NCBI RefSeq assembly: GCF_004010195.1
Contig: NC_057749.1
Location: 7,837,701 to 7,875,707 of the forward strand
Direction: 5' to 3'
Source: Chiloscyllium plagiosum
Taxonomy: Eukaryota
DNA: 38,007 bases
Translations under genes and position numbers: made by a program
The notes under the pieces: generated by a model
Told to the model about the DNA's origin: nothing
Seen by the model: only the letters and a program-made list of their open reading frames with translations
The model's database searches: none
Shown here: piece by piece, positions 23,709 to 34,595 of the stretch
How positions within the stretch are numbered: position 1 is the stretch's first letter
Layout: every line of letters starts with the position of its first letter

Positions 23709-23904
23709 GAATAAATCAAACCAAATCAAATGAAAGCATGGATCTTGCTTGACAGCAGCTAAGGCCCAGTTTTACCACTAGCTTCCTCCCATAGGAACAC
23801 ATCATTTAAACTTGAGTTAAAGTGGCACTTTCTCTTCATAAAGGCGACATTCCTGCACGCTAAAACAAAACACATCCTAGTCATAAGGGTCACCTTAGTT
23901 CAGG

Positions 23905-24206
23905 AGAAAGTGAGGTGTGCAGATGCTGGAGATCAGAGATGGAAATGTGTTGCTGGAAAAGCGCAGCAGGTCAGGCAGCATCTAGGGAACAGGAGAATCG
24001 ATGTTTCGGGCATTAGCCCTTCTTCAGGATCCAATCCCACTCCAAACATTTGAACTGTGGGTTGATGTATCCCTAAAATGAAACTTGAAATCAGGGTCCC
24101 ATCTGTATATTCTTGCCTGAATGTAAGGGCTAATGCCCGAAACGTCGATTCTCCTGTTCCCTAGATGCTGCCTGACCTGCTGCGCTTTTCCAGCAACACA
24201 TTTCCA
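23905..24206. mobile_element. Young fold-back PLE-LTR insertion with 15-bp TSD and a captured 100-bp centre
   Basis: TSD tcaccttagttcagg at 23890-23904 and 24207-24221; arms are near-perfect complements; 24027-24126 equals 24702-24801 with 1 mismatch. Confidence 0.92.
24000..24027 (-). ncRNA. Minimal hammerhead ribozyme core
   Basis: Minus strand reads CUGAAGA-A-GGGC-UAAU-GCCC-GAAA-CAUC. Confidence 0.6.
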
Positions 24207-24447
24207 TCACCTTAGTTCAGGCTTTGTATGAGTTGGTTTGAAACCCATCATAAAGTTATGTGTAGAAAGTTGCTTGACACTTTCATACAGCATTAAGAAT
24301 GGGATTAGAATAGTTAGGCACTTGTTTTTAGACTGGTGCAGACTTGTAGGGCTGGAGGGCCTTTCTCCCACAAAGTAGACCTCTACAACTCTTAGGAACT
24401 TCAAGAAAGTTGTCTTTCGAAAGCTAAGTTAGACTGCAGCTCCAGAG

Positions 24448-24639
24448 GTGAAAACTATGGTGCTGGAAAAACACAGCAGGTCAGGCAGCACCCGAGGAGC
24501 AGGAGAGTTGACGTGTCAGAGGACTGATGCCCAAAACGTTAACTCTCCTTCTCCTGAGATGCTGCCTGACCTGCTGTGCTTTAACAGTGCCACACTTTTC
24601 AACTCTGACTCTCCAACATCTGCAGTCCTAACTTCCTCT
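24448..24639. mobile_element. Fold-back PLE-LTR insertion with 14-bp TSD
   Basis: TSD ctgcagctccagag at 24434-24447 and 24640-24653; inverted arms. Confidence 0.88.
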
Positions 24640-24659
24640 CTGCAGCTCCAGAGATGTCT

Positions 24660-24975
24660 TCTGAGGTACTGTGGGTGATGCCATCTGCATCAGAACGTCT
24701 TGGATCCAATCCCACTCCAAACATTTGAACTGTGGGGTGATGTATCCCTAAAATGAAACTTGAAATCAGGGTCCCATCTGTATATTCTTGCCTGAATGTA
24801 AACAAAGTCCCATGCCACAATGTTGCATGGAGCAGGGGCACTCTCCCTGCTGTCTAGACCAGTATTTATCCATCAATCAACATCAGTGAGGCAGATGAGC
24901 TGGTCATTATCACATTGTTTTTTTTGGGGACCTTCTAAAGTGCAAACTGGTTCCTGCATAGTCAACATTACAACA
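24660..24975 (+). mobile_element. Decayed Deu-domain SINE
   Basis: tgtaaacaaagtcccatgccac...gagcagggg...tatttatccatcaatcaacatca...ctggtcattatcacattg; related to 4025-4330. Confidence 0.65.
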
Positions 24976-25012
24976 CAAATTTTTGAGCTGTTTTATTAGA
25001 GCTCTCTGTGAA

Positions 25013-25222
25013 GTGTGCACATTCTCCCTGTGTCTACATGGGTTTCCTCCGGATGCTCCGGTTTCCTCCCACAGTCCAAAGATGTGCGGGTCAGGTGGAT
25101 TGGTTATGTTAAATTGCCCATAGTGTTAGGTGCATTAGTCAGAGGGAAATGGATCTGGGTGGGTTACTCTTTGGAGGGTCGGTGTGGATTTGTTGGGCTA
25201 AAGGATCTGTTTTGGGGGATAT
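25013..25222 (+). mobile_element. 5'-truncated HE1 SINE
   Basis: V-type core tgcacattctccctgtgtct...cccacagtccaaagatgtg. Confidence 0.85.
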
Positions 25223-25482
25223 ATTGAAAGAAAGCGTAGTGTTGTATAATATGAATATTTACTTATTTCATACTTATTTGTTCTGGTTGAGAACAGTTAG
25301 ATATGTCCTGCCTCACATTATATTAATTCAAATTATCTGCGTGCTCTCACACTATCTGAAGCAACTACCTTCTCTGTGTGTGCTGAAGTTGCACATTGAG
25401 TCCTTAAATATGAGAAGCTTTCTTACTTTGCAGCTGCCATGTGATATTGGAAACCAGGGAACTCTTAACTCTCATAACATTT

Positions 25483-25635
25483 GAGAAACTTTTAGGCGTG
25501 CACTTGCAATACCAAGGCATACAGAACAATGGGCTAAGTGCTGGAAAATGGGATTAGAATAATTAGGTGGTTGATTGAACCAGCACAGAATTGATGGACC
25601 AAAGAATTTTTATCTGTGCTGTAGATTTCAATGAT
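25483..25635 (+). mobile_element. Short decayed CR1 3' end
   Basis: gtgctggaaaatgggattag...ggaccaaaga...ctgtgctgtagatttc. Confidence 0.6.
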
Positions 25636-25659
25636 CTTTTCCCTTGAAATTTGGTTTAA

Positions 25660-26007
25660 TTTTTAGTGTCAAATACACTCAAGTACAGGAGCACAGTGGA
25701 AAGTGTATAATGTCACCACAAAAGGCACCATTTTAGATGCAACTACCAAGGTATGGAATCTTAAGAACAAAGTGGAAAGAAAGAACAAAGTTAAAAGATT
25801 GCAGTAATTATAGTATAGTGTCAAATACATGAAATAAAGTTACAAGTTATACATAGCAGACCGTCTTAGTTTTAAGTAGAAAATAAAGAAATAAAGCTGA
25901 AATTTCAAAAGTTACAGTCTTTCTTAAGTGCTTAGCCATGGTGGGACCATAGATATTTTGGAGGATTTACATATAAGAGTTCTGTTTGGCTACATAATGT
26001 AGACATA
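25660..26007 (-). repeat. Unclassified interspersed repeat, partly repeated at 29412-29582
   Basis: Shared gcagaccgtcttagttttaag..aaataaagaaataaa..ttacagtc.ttcttaagtgcttag..taagagttctgtttg..agacat. Confidence 0.75.
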
Positions 26008-27639
26008 GAATCCTGAGGTGGGATTTGAACCCAGGGCCCAGAGGAAGTGATGTTGCCCATTGCAACATAACAAAAGCTGCTTAGCAAAAGTGACCGAATT
26101 TCAACTTTACGTCTTATGCGACGTAGCTGGGAGATTTGGTAAACTGACCTTTTAAGGGACAAGTTCAAACATAAAAACGTTCACTCCTTTATGTGAAAAC
26201 AAGGTATTGAAATAGGCTAGGATGTATTGGTGTTTTCCTGATGCAGGATCATGACTGTGTACCAGTATTATTTGTACTGTAACACTGAAGTATTTATGAA
26301 TAAAAAGCGCAGACATTCTGAATTTTGATTCAGATTTGACCAAAGCTGTTACTAAATGTGCAATGCTGTTTTTTGTCAAACAGCTGTCTCTTGAATTGTA
26401 AGCCAAATACTATGAAGTGTAAGTTTAACAAAGCCCCAGGTACTTTAAGACACATGAACGTGTTGATGCAAGAGTTCATGGAGTTAGGAGTGAGATGGGG
26501 AAAGTAAGGTCAACCATCTGCCTGGCAGATGGTGCTAGGTGATTTAATCTTCACCTGTCTTTGCTCAACCATTGCTAAACTCAGGTCGAAGTCTGTGACT
26601 TTTTTGCTTGAGAAAGGCACCCGCCCCACCTCCCCACTTTTAATTGAACTTGTGACAAAGGCAACTCAGTGAAACTCAAGCAAGCGCAGCATGCTGTAAA
26701 TCAAACAGGCCTCTTATCTTGATTGCTACATCGGTGACCATGGTAGATTGGGAAATCTGTTATCAGATACAGTAGAGGAGACTGGGCCAGGAGCCAGAGT
26801 TAGAACAAACTTGTTCAGGAAGTATTTATTCTTAAATTTCAGTAATCCATGTGATTACAGTCTCCAAACTGCTCCCCGAGTCACTGCAGGAGAGGTGTCA
26901 TTTTGTTGCTAACAGAATTATTATTGTTCTCATTTTGGAATATCAATTTATCATTTTCAGAAAGTAGACTTTGAGTAGGACATTGCTTACAAGCTAAATT
27001 AATTAAAAATGTCTCTTTGTATGATAACTTTGCCTTGTTTTGAATTTCTCATTGTTTCTGTATTCTGCTCTGTGTCCACATATCCTTGACTTTTTCAGTT
27101 AACTACTTATTTCCAAGCTTGCTTTTGATCTTTCTCACTGCAATGCTCTAGCTATCTGTATCAAATTCTTTCACACTTGCTGTTTGTTTCTTAAATGTTT
27201 CCTTATTTGTTTCTGTGAATATATAGGGGAGGAGATGCAATGAAATAACTAAAGCATTGGGCCATTTGTCTCAGGAGCAAGGCACTCATTACAAAACAAC
27301 AGTAATTTTGCATTTATATGGGAAATTGAACAAAATGGAACATTTGCAAAGAGCATTACTGGAGGATTATCAAACTTTAGCATGGAAACACTTTTGGGAT
27401 CAGTGATTATTATGTAATGGTAAGGGGATTTGAAAGAGTTAATATTGAGGAATACCTTGAGTACCAATTACTATAATGGTATTATATGGACTTGTGGGCA
27501 GAACAGCTTAGGATCTCAAAATAGTGAGATCTAACGTCTTGCGTCTTCATAATCTCTGTAACAATCACTGTCACTTGTAACTACTTTCTGATATGCAGTA
27601 AACTGCTTATTCAGCACAGGAGCCTCTTTTAGTTAGAGC

Positions 27640-27958
27640 TTAGAATCTGCTAGTGTAGAAGCAGGCTATTCAGCCCATCCAAGTCACACTGACCCTCTAA
27701 AAAGCAGCCTACCCAACCCTCTCCTTACCCTATAACCTTGCATTTCCCATGGCTAACCCACCTAGCCTGCACATCGCTGTACACAATCGGCAGTTTAGCA
27801 CGACAAGTCCACCTAACCTGCACATCTTTGGACTCTGGGAAGAAATCCACGCAGACACAGGGAGAAGGAGCAAACTCCACACAGACAGTCACCCGAGGGT
27901 GGAACTGAACCTGGGTCTCTTGGCACTGTGAAGCAGTGATGTTAACCACTGAGCCACC
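27640..27958 (-). mobile_element. HE1-type V-SINE
   Basis: Reverse-complement HE1 head and core. Confidence 0.88.
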
Positions 27959-28056
27959 TGTACCTCCCCAGCAGCAGATAGTTTTCCTCCAGCATGCTAG
28001 ACCATTAAGGCCCTGGACAGTTCTACATTGTAAGAGGATAGTAGCAACACACCAAT

Positions 28057-29198
28057 CCCACCATGAGGCAGCAGCACACTGACCCCATCATGAGGTGACA
28101 GCACATTGACCCCATGGCAGCACACTGACCCCATCGTAGGGTGACAGCACACTGACCCCATCGTGAGGTGACAGCACACTGACCCCATCATTGGGTGACA
28201 GCACACTGACCCCATCATGAGATGACAGCACACTGACCCCATCATGAGGTGACAGCACACTGACCCCATGGCAGCACACTGACCCCATCGTGTGGTGACA
28301 GCACACTGACCCCATCATGGGGTGGCAGCACACTGACCCCATCGTGAGGTGACAGCACACTGACCCCATCGTGGGGTGACAGCACACTGACCCCATTGTG
28401 AGGTGACAGCACACTGACCCCATCGTGGGGTGACAGCACACTGACCCCATCATGAGGTGACAGCACACTGACCCCATCATGAGGTGACAGCACACTGACC
28501 CCATCATGAGGTGACAGCACACTGACCCCATCATGAGGTGACAGCACACTGACCCCATCATGAGGTGACAGCACACTGACCCCATCATGAGGTGACAGCA
28601 CACTGACCCCATCATGAGATGACAGCACACTGACCCCATCATGAGGTGACAGCACACTGACCCCATCATGAGATGACAGCACACTGACCCCACAGCACAC
28701 TGCCCCATCGTGGGGTGACAGCACACTGACCCCATCGTGGGGTGACAGCATACTGACCCCATCGTGGGGTGACAGCACACTGACCCCATCGTGGGGTGAC
28801 AGCACACTGACCCCATCGTGAGGTGACAGCACACTGACCCCCATCGTGAGGTGACAGCACACTGACCCCATCGTGAGGTGACAGCACATTGACCCCCATC
28901 GTGAGGTGACAGCACACTGACCCCATCGTGGGGTGACAGCACACTGACTTCATCGTGGGGTGACAGCACACTGACCCCGTGAGGTGACAGCACACTGACC
29001 CCATCATGGGGTGACAGTACACTGACCCCATCGTGAGGTGACAGCACACTGACCCCATCGTGGGGTGACAGCACACTGACCCCGTGAGGTGACAGCACTC
29101 TGACCCCATCGTGAGGTGACAGCACACTGACCCCATCATGGAGTGACAGCACACTGACCCCATCGTGAGGTGACAGCACACTGACCCCATCGTGGGGT
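28057..29198. repeat. 27-bp minisatellite, ~42 units (CCCCATCRTGRGGTGACAGCACACTGA)
   Basis: Direct tandem array without spacers; explains the 9-aa periodic ORFs. Confidence 0.98.
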
Positions 29199-29411
29199 AC
29201 GCTCTTGCTTTGATTGCACACATAACATGGTGAGCAGCAGATAAGATTTCATTCAGCTTCTTCATACAAGTTGGTGGCGGTGGTGGAGGATCTTAAGGTT
29301 CCTCAACATCTTCAGACTCTGCTTTCAATGACCGGCTAATGCAGACAGTCAGCAGTGAAGAAGAACACTACAGTTTGAATCCGATGGAAGAAAAGCTTGC
29401 AATGAGTCTCA

Positions 29412-29582
29412 GCAAGTTACACATTGCAGACCGTCTTAGTTTTAAGCAGGAAATAAAGAAATAAATAAGAATGTTCAAACATTACAGTCCTTCTTAAGTG
29501 CTTAGTCACAGTGGGATTGTAGATGTATTGGAAGGATTTTCAGGCAAATTAAGAGTTCTGTTTGTCCATGTTATGCAGACAT
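29412..29582 (-). repeat. Second, shorter copy of the 25660-26007 repeat
   Basis: Aligns by eye to 25843-26007. Confidence 0.75.
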
Positions 29583-29930
29583 CAAGTCAGACAGAAAGAG
29601 AAGTTAGGAAACCTCATTAAGACCTTGAAAAGGTGGGAGTTCTTTCATGAAAACTGCAGCAAAGGTGAGACATACTTATTGAAACCAACAGGCATGGGAA
29701 TCATCCTGTAAATAAACTTTAAAAGTGGGATTCACCTCTTAAATGGTGTGGGTGATTTTATAAAATCACGATTAAGGTGGTTGTTGTTTATTAAAGCTGC
29801 AAGATTCTTTCAGGAAAGCCAATAAGGAAATGACAATCATTTTATTAAATCAGAAAAACAGGTGGGAAGCCTCCATGTTGACCACATGATGTGGGAAAGC
29901 AAGGAAATTAAATAATCACATTAAAAAGAC

Positions 29931-30870
29931 ATGGCATCGGAAATGATATTGCCAGAAAGATTTAACTGGAAAGATGGGCCGAGTAGAATAAGGAGTTGGA
30001 CATCTTATAGAAACCAATCATTATGATACGGAATTTCTTTCAAATTAGTTATTGAATCAGAATCTGGACAAATAAATATGCTTTTATAAACAATTAGGAA
30101 TCCACTTGATAATACTATAGCTTGCCAAGTTGTAAAGAAAACAATATGTACATTCGAAGAAATATTGAAAGTCTTTACATTATCTTTAACCATAGAAAAT
30201 ACACAATTCTAGAAGAAGCATTATTTAATGCAAGAGGTCAGCAACCAAGGGGAAGCCAGAGATTGTTTTATTAATGGTCTCTTCAGTTTAGTGGAGAAAG
30301 CACATCCATAGTGATTTAAAGTCATCATTCAAAGAGACAGAATTGTTGGAATTGTCAATGAATTCTTATTAGATTTATTAGAGTCAAAATAAGATTTGAC
30401 TCTAGAGAAAGCAATTCAGCTGCTGAGCGAAACAAAAGTCTGGAAGGTCACAAGAGGTCAGCAGAACCTATTTAATTTTTAAAGTGCAAAACAACCCCAA
30501 AAAAAGCACACACAAGAAAACAATGCAGTAAATAGGAGAGGATCCAAACATGGAAGATTTGTACTAGTGCTGCAGAGCAAGGAAACCTCACAGGCACAGA
30601 TAATGCCCAAGTATTAAAAGAAAATACTTTGTCTGTAATACGATAAGGACATTTTCAGTTAATTGTGCTAATGTAGGATGTAGTCAAAGAAATGAAAGAA
30701 GTCAAATAAAACCCATGCAAAGTAGTTAATAAAGTATAATTATGCACAATGGACACTAAAACCTAAAGTATTCCTCAAGTATATAGATGATCCTGTCTGA
30801 GCCTTATGGCAAGAGGATCTTTCTGTCAATAGCCATTTTATGAATTTCATGTTCACCACCGGTGCGGGTA
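29931..30870 (+). pseudogene. Ty3/Gypsy LTR-retrotransposon gag-protease relic
   Basis: Across stops and frameshifts: MASEMILPERFNW; QINMLL; TILEEALFNARGQQP; DCFINGLFSLVEK; RDRIVGIVNE...DLTLEKAIQL; Cys/His knuckle remnants ~30560-30670; WQEDLSVNSHFMNFMFTTGA (decayed DTGA). Confidence 0.8.
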
Positions 30871-30944
30871 ATATATAATCACATAGTAAGCCATAATTTT
30901 TTTAAAAAGACTCTCTATAGCTTTGTATTTATTTATTATTTTAT

Positions 30945-31735
30945 TTGCTCATGGAATATGGGCATCGTTAGATGGCCAACAGGTTTTGCCCATCCCTAAT
31001 TGTCCTTGACATGGTGGTAGTGAGCTGCCTTCTTAAATAGTCCATGTGTTGTCAGATGATCCACAGTGCCCTGAGGGATGGAATTCCAGGATTTTGACCC
31101 AGTGACACTGAAGAAACACATTCCCAAATGAGGATAATGAGTGGCTTGGAGGGGAATTTGAAAATGGTGGTATTCCCATGTATCTACTGCCCTTGTCATT
31201 ATGGATGACAGTGGTCATGGGTTTGGAATGTGACGTCTTAGAATCTTGAGTGAATTTCTGCAGTGCATCTTGTAGATAGTACATATTGCTGTTATTGAGC
31301 TGCAGTGGTGGAAGGAGTGGATGTTTGTGAATGTTGTTCCAATCAAGCGGGCTTTATCCTGGATAGTGTCAAGCTCTTAGAGTGTTGTTGGAATTGTACT
31401 CATTCAGGCAAGTGGGGAATATTCCAACACGCCTGACTTGTGCCTTATAGACAGTGGACAGGCTTTGGGGAGTCAGGAGGTGAGTTGCCAAAATATTCCA
31501 AGCCTTTGGTCTTCTTTTGTAGCCAGTGTAATTATGTCCAGTTGAGTTTTTGGTCAATGGTAACCCCCCAGAACGTTGATACTGTGGAATTCAATGAATG
31601 TCAAGGGATGGTGATTAGATCATCTCTTTTTGGAAATGATAGTTACCTAGCATTTGTGTGGCATTGAATATTATGAATATTACTTGCCACTTGTTAGCCC
31701 AAGCCTGGATATTATCCAGATTTTGTTGCATTTGA
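30945..31735 (-). mobile_element. L2/CR1-group LINE 3' fragment
   Basis: THLLTPQSLSTVYKAQVRR; FFSVTGSKSWNSIP...FKKAAHYH; tail aattagggatgggcaa. Confidence 0.8.
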
Positions 31736-32370
31736 CAGAATATTGGAAAGACATCAGGTGCTTAGTGGCTTTATGTAACGATAACAATTTCTCCCTCAAC
31801 ATCAGCAAAACTAAAGAGCTAATCATTGACTTCAGGTAGCAAGGAAGAGGGAATGCCCCTATCTACATCAATGGAGCTGTGATAGAGATGGTCAAGAGTA
31901 TCGAGTTGCTAGGAGTGATGACCACCAACAATCTGTCCTGGACCACACACGTAGATATGACTGTCAAGAAAACACAACAATGCCTCTTCCTCCTCAGGCT
32001 GAGGAAGTTTGGCATGTCAATAAGAACTCCCATTGACTTCTTCAGATACACCACAGAAAGCATTCTATCTGGATGTATCAAAACTTAGTATGGCAAATGC
32101 TCTATCCAGGACCACAAGAAATTACAGAGAGTTGTGAACACAGCCCAATCCATCACATAAACCAACCTTCCATCCATTCACTCCACCTTCACTTCTTACT
32201 GTCTCGGGAAGGCAGCCAACATCATCAAACGCCCCTCCTACCCCGGTTATAGTCTCTTCCAATCTTTTCCATCAGGCAGAAGATACAAAAGCTTAAATGC
32301 ATGCAACAACAGATTCAAGAACAGCTTCTTCCCTGCTATTTTTAGACTTCTGACTGGACCCCTCAAATTT
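31736..32370 (+). mobile_element. Rex1/Babar 3' fragment
   Basis: CNDNNFSLNISKTKELIIDFR; NNLSWTTHVDMTVKKTQQCLFLLRLRKFGMS...ESILSGCI. Confidence 0.9.
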
Positions 32371-32507
32371 TAAAAATCACACAGCAGCAGATTATAGTCC
32401 AACAGGTTTATTGGAAACATCAGTTTTCGGAGCGCTGCTCCTTCATCAGGTGGTTGTGGAGTATAAACCTGTTAGACTATAACCTGGTGTTGTGTGATTT
32501 TTAACTT
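32371..32507. mobile_element. Fold-back PLE-LTR element (second family)
   Basis: Arms taaaaatcacaca...ttatagtccaacaggtttat / ataaacctgttagactataa...tgtgtgattttta. Confidence 0.85.
32421..32449 (-). ncRNA. Minimal hammerhead ribozyme core
   Basis: Minus strand reads CUGAUGA-A-GGAGC-AGC-GCUCC-GAAA with a perfect stem II; the cleavage triplet is degenerate. Confidence 0.55.
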
Positions 32508-32625
32508 TATCATATCAATGTAACCTCTAGCTAGTTGCTAACATTCAATAAATTACTTCTTGTTAAATCTAAATCTCTTTTAGTTCAATCTTTTTTTTCT
32601 CTACCTGAACAGGTCCTATATATCG

Positions 32626-32794
32626 AGTCAAAATATGTGGTGCTGGAAAAGCACAGCTGGTCAAGCAGCATGCAAGGAGTGGGAGAATGTACATTTTGGG
32701 CAAAAGCTCTTCAGCCACATCCTAACCTGCTGTGCTTTTCCAACGCTACACTTTCTGACTCTGATCTCCAGCATCTGCAGTCCTCACTTTCTCC
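32626..32794. mobile_element. Fold-back PLE-LTR element (decayed)
   Basis: gtggtgctggaaaagcacagc / gctgtgcttttccaac...ctgatctccagcatctgcagtcctcactttctcc. Confidence 0.8.
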
Positions 32795-32899
32795 AGGTAG
32801 TCTTTATCCCTGCACTAACAGAGGATAGTGGCAACAGATATATCCTACACGAAGATATGGACTCATTTTTACTGCATGTTGAACAGTGATTGAAAACTT

Positions 32900-33155
32900 G
32901 GTCAGTTAGGCTTTAAGGATCACTTGAAATTAGGAGAGAGAGTTAAGAAAATTGAGAGGTTACAGGAAAGAAGCTTAGGATATAGGTATCGAAAAACACA
33001 GCCGAAATAGTCGAGCAATTTAAACCAGGGACAGACAAGAAACCAGAAATGGTGTAAAACAGAGATCTGAAAGGGTTTTCACACTAGAAGGATTTTCAGA
33101 TAGGGAGAAGCAAGGTTATTGATGGATTCGAAAACAATGATGAAAATTTTAAGAG
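32900..33155 (-). mobile_element. Ancient L2-like 3' remnant
   Basis: Purine-rich pattern recalled as a minus-strand L2 end (agagatctg..agggtt...gatagggag..gcaagg...gaaaacaatgatgaaaattttaa). Confidence 0.45.
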
Positions 33156-33534
33156 ACCACTCCATAATTTATTCCAAGTCCATTCATTCTTTTTTTAAAA
33201 ATTGCCTTTTAATTTCTCATTTGATAGGAATGCCTACCCCAGCCATATTAATGACTGAGTTGAGTATTTTTCATCTTTATCTGCCTTGTGGAAACATGTT
33301 TGGAGAGAGACCACAATGTTCAGATCTCTTATACAATCCTGCATTCAGTGTGCAAGTAATTTGACTGTGTTAGCTCTGGTTATCTACTTAGGTTAGGTGC
33401 AAGTGTATATCTTTGATTGCATGTTACAATTGCAAAGCATTCTTTGCAAAGTTATTTTTGACATTTAACACTTCATTGCCTTTGTTTAATATTTTCAGGT
33501 TTTTAATCATTGCATTTATCCAAAAGGATGTTCT

Positions 33535-33660
33535 AATGACATAGTGGCAATGTCACTGGCCTGGTAATACACAGCTCCAGATTAATGATCTGTGTCATTG
33601 GTTCAAATCCCATAACAGGAGCTAGTGAAACTTATAACCCATTCAGAAATCTGGATTTAA
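33535..33660 (+). mobile_element. tRNA-like SINE head
   Basis: A-box-like tgacatagtgg and B box ggttcaaatcc. Confidence 0.55.
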
Positions 33661-33665
33661 AACCA

Positions 33666-33915
33666 GTCATAGACTCATGCAGCATGGAAACAGACCCTTC
33701 AGTTCTACTTGTCCATGCCGAGCAGATATTCTTTAGTAAGTCCCATTTGCCAGCACTTGGCCCATATCCCTCTGAACCCTTCCTATTCACATACCCATCC
33801 AGATGCCTTTTAAATGTTGTAATTGTACCAGACTCCACCATTTTCTCTGGCAGCTCATTCCATACATGCACTGCCCTCAATGTGAAAAAGTTGTCCCTTA
33901 GGTCCCTTTTAAATT
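33666..33915 (-). mobile_element. CR1/HER1 3' end
   Basis: FKRDLRDNFFTLRAVHVWNELPEKMVESGTITTFKRHLDGYVNR. Confidence 0.9.
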
Positions 33916-33929
33916 CTATCCAAGCCTGG

Positions 33930-34590
33930 GCACTAACTCCAATCCCGTGCATTCAGTTTCACAAATACCAGTCTTCTGCCAATTTGACTCATCCCCTGTG
34001 ATATCATGCAACAGTTGGAAGCACTGGGTACCACAAACGTCCTGGCAACAGCCAGCAACAGCACTGAAGACATGTGGTCCAGAACTTGCTGCTCTCCAAG
34101 CCAAGCTGTTCCAGTCTAGTTACATCACTGATATCTGTAATGCGATAGCATGGAAAATGATCAAGGTATGTTCTGCATGCAAAAACTTAGACCAGACTCT
34201 ATCTGCTCAACAGCTGCCCCATCAGTTACGTCTCAATCATCAGAAAAAGTATTGAAATGGGTCAACAAGATTGTTAATAAGCAACAGGCAACAATAACGT
34301 GCCAAGTGATGCTCAGTTTGGGATCCGCCAGGTCCATTTGGGTCCTGACCCTTCACAACCTTGGTTCAAACACAGACATGACCTCAGCCCTCACAATGAG
34401 GCGTGAGACTGTCCGACTGGCACAGAGGAAGATGGTTGTGGCTGTTGGAGGTCAGTCAGCTCAGCTCCAGGACATCTCTGCAGGGGTTCCTCAGGATTGT
34501 GGTCTTAGGCCCGACCACCTTCAGCTGCTTCATCAATGACCTTCCCTCCGTCATCAGGTCAGAAGTGAGGATGTTCGCCGATGATTTCAC
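33930..34590 (+). mobile_element. L2/CR1-group LINE RT fragment with internal deletion
   Basis: ALKTCGPELAALQAKLFQSSY; GGQSAQLQDISAGVPQD; VLGPTTFSCFINDLPSVIRSEVRMFADD. Confidence 0.85.
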
Positions 34591-34595
34591 ATGCA

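Noticed and set aside
23905..24206. Class II MITE or miRNA precursor interpretation of the hairpins
   Set aside because: The arms are asymmetric, TSDs are long and variable, and the same type of sequence is attached to PLE endonuclease remnants in this window. No evidence for miRNA processing is available.
28057..29198. V(D)J recombination signal array (CACACTG)
   Set aside because: It is not the CACAGTG heptamer, and there is no nonamer or V/J segment nearby.
27997..29265. Cys/His-rich repeat proteins (MGSVCCHLM)n or a CRISPR array
   Set aside because: A 27-nt unit with no minus-strand stops gives open frames trivially. There are no unique spacers, no cas genes and no splice evidence, and the host is eukaryotic.
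25843..29582. Paired LTRs of one full-length retrotransposon
   Set aside because: The 3.4 kb between the copies has no gag/pol or primer-binding site, and the Gypsy relic lies outside the pair.
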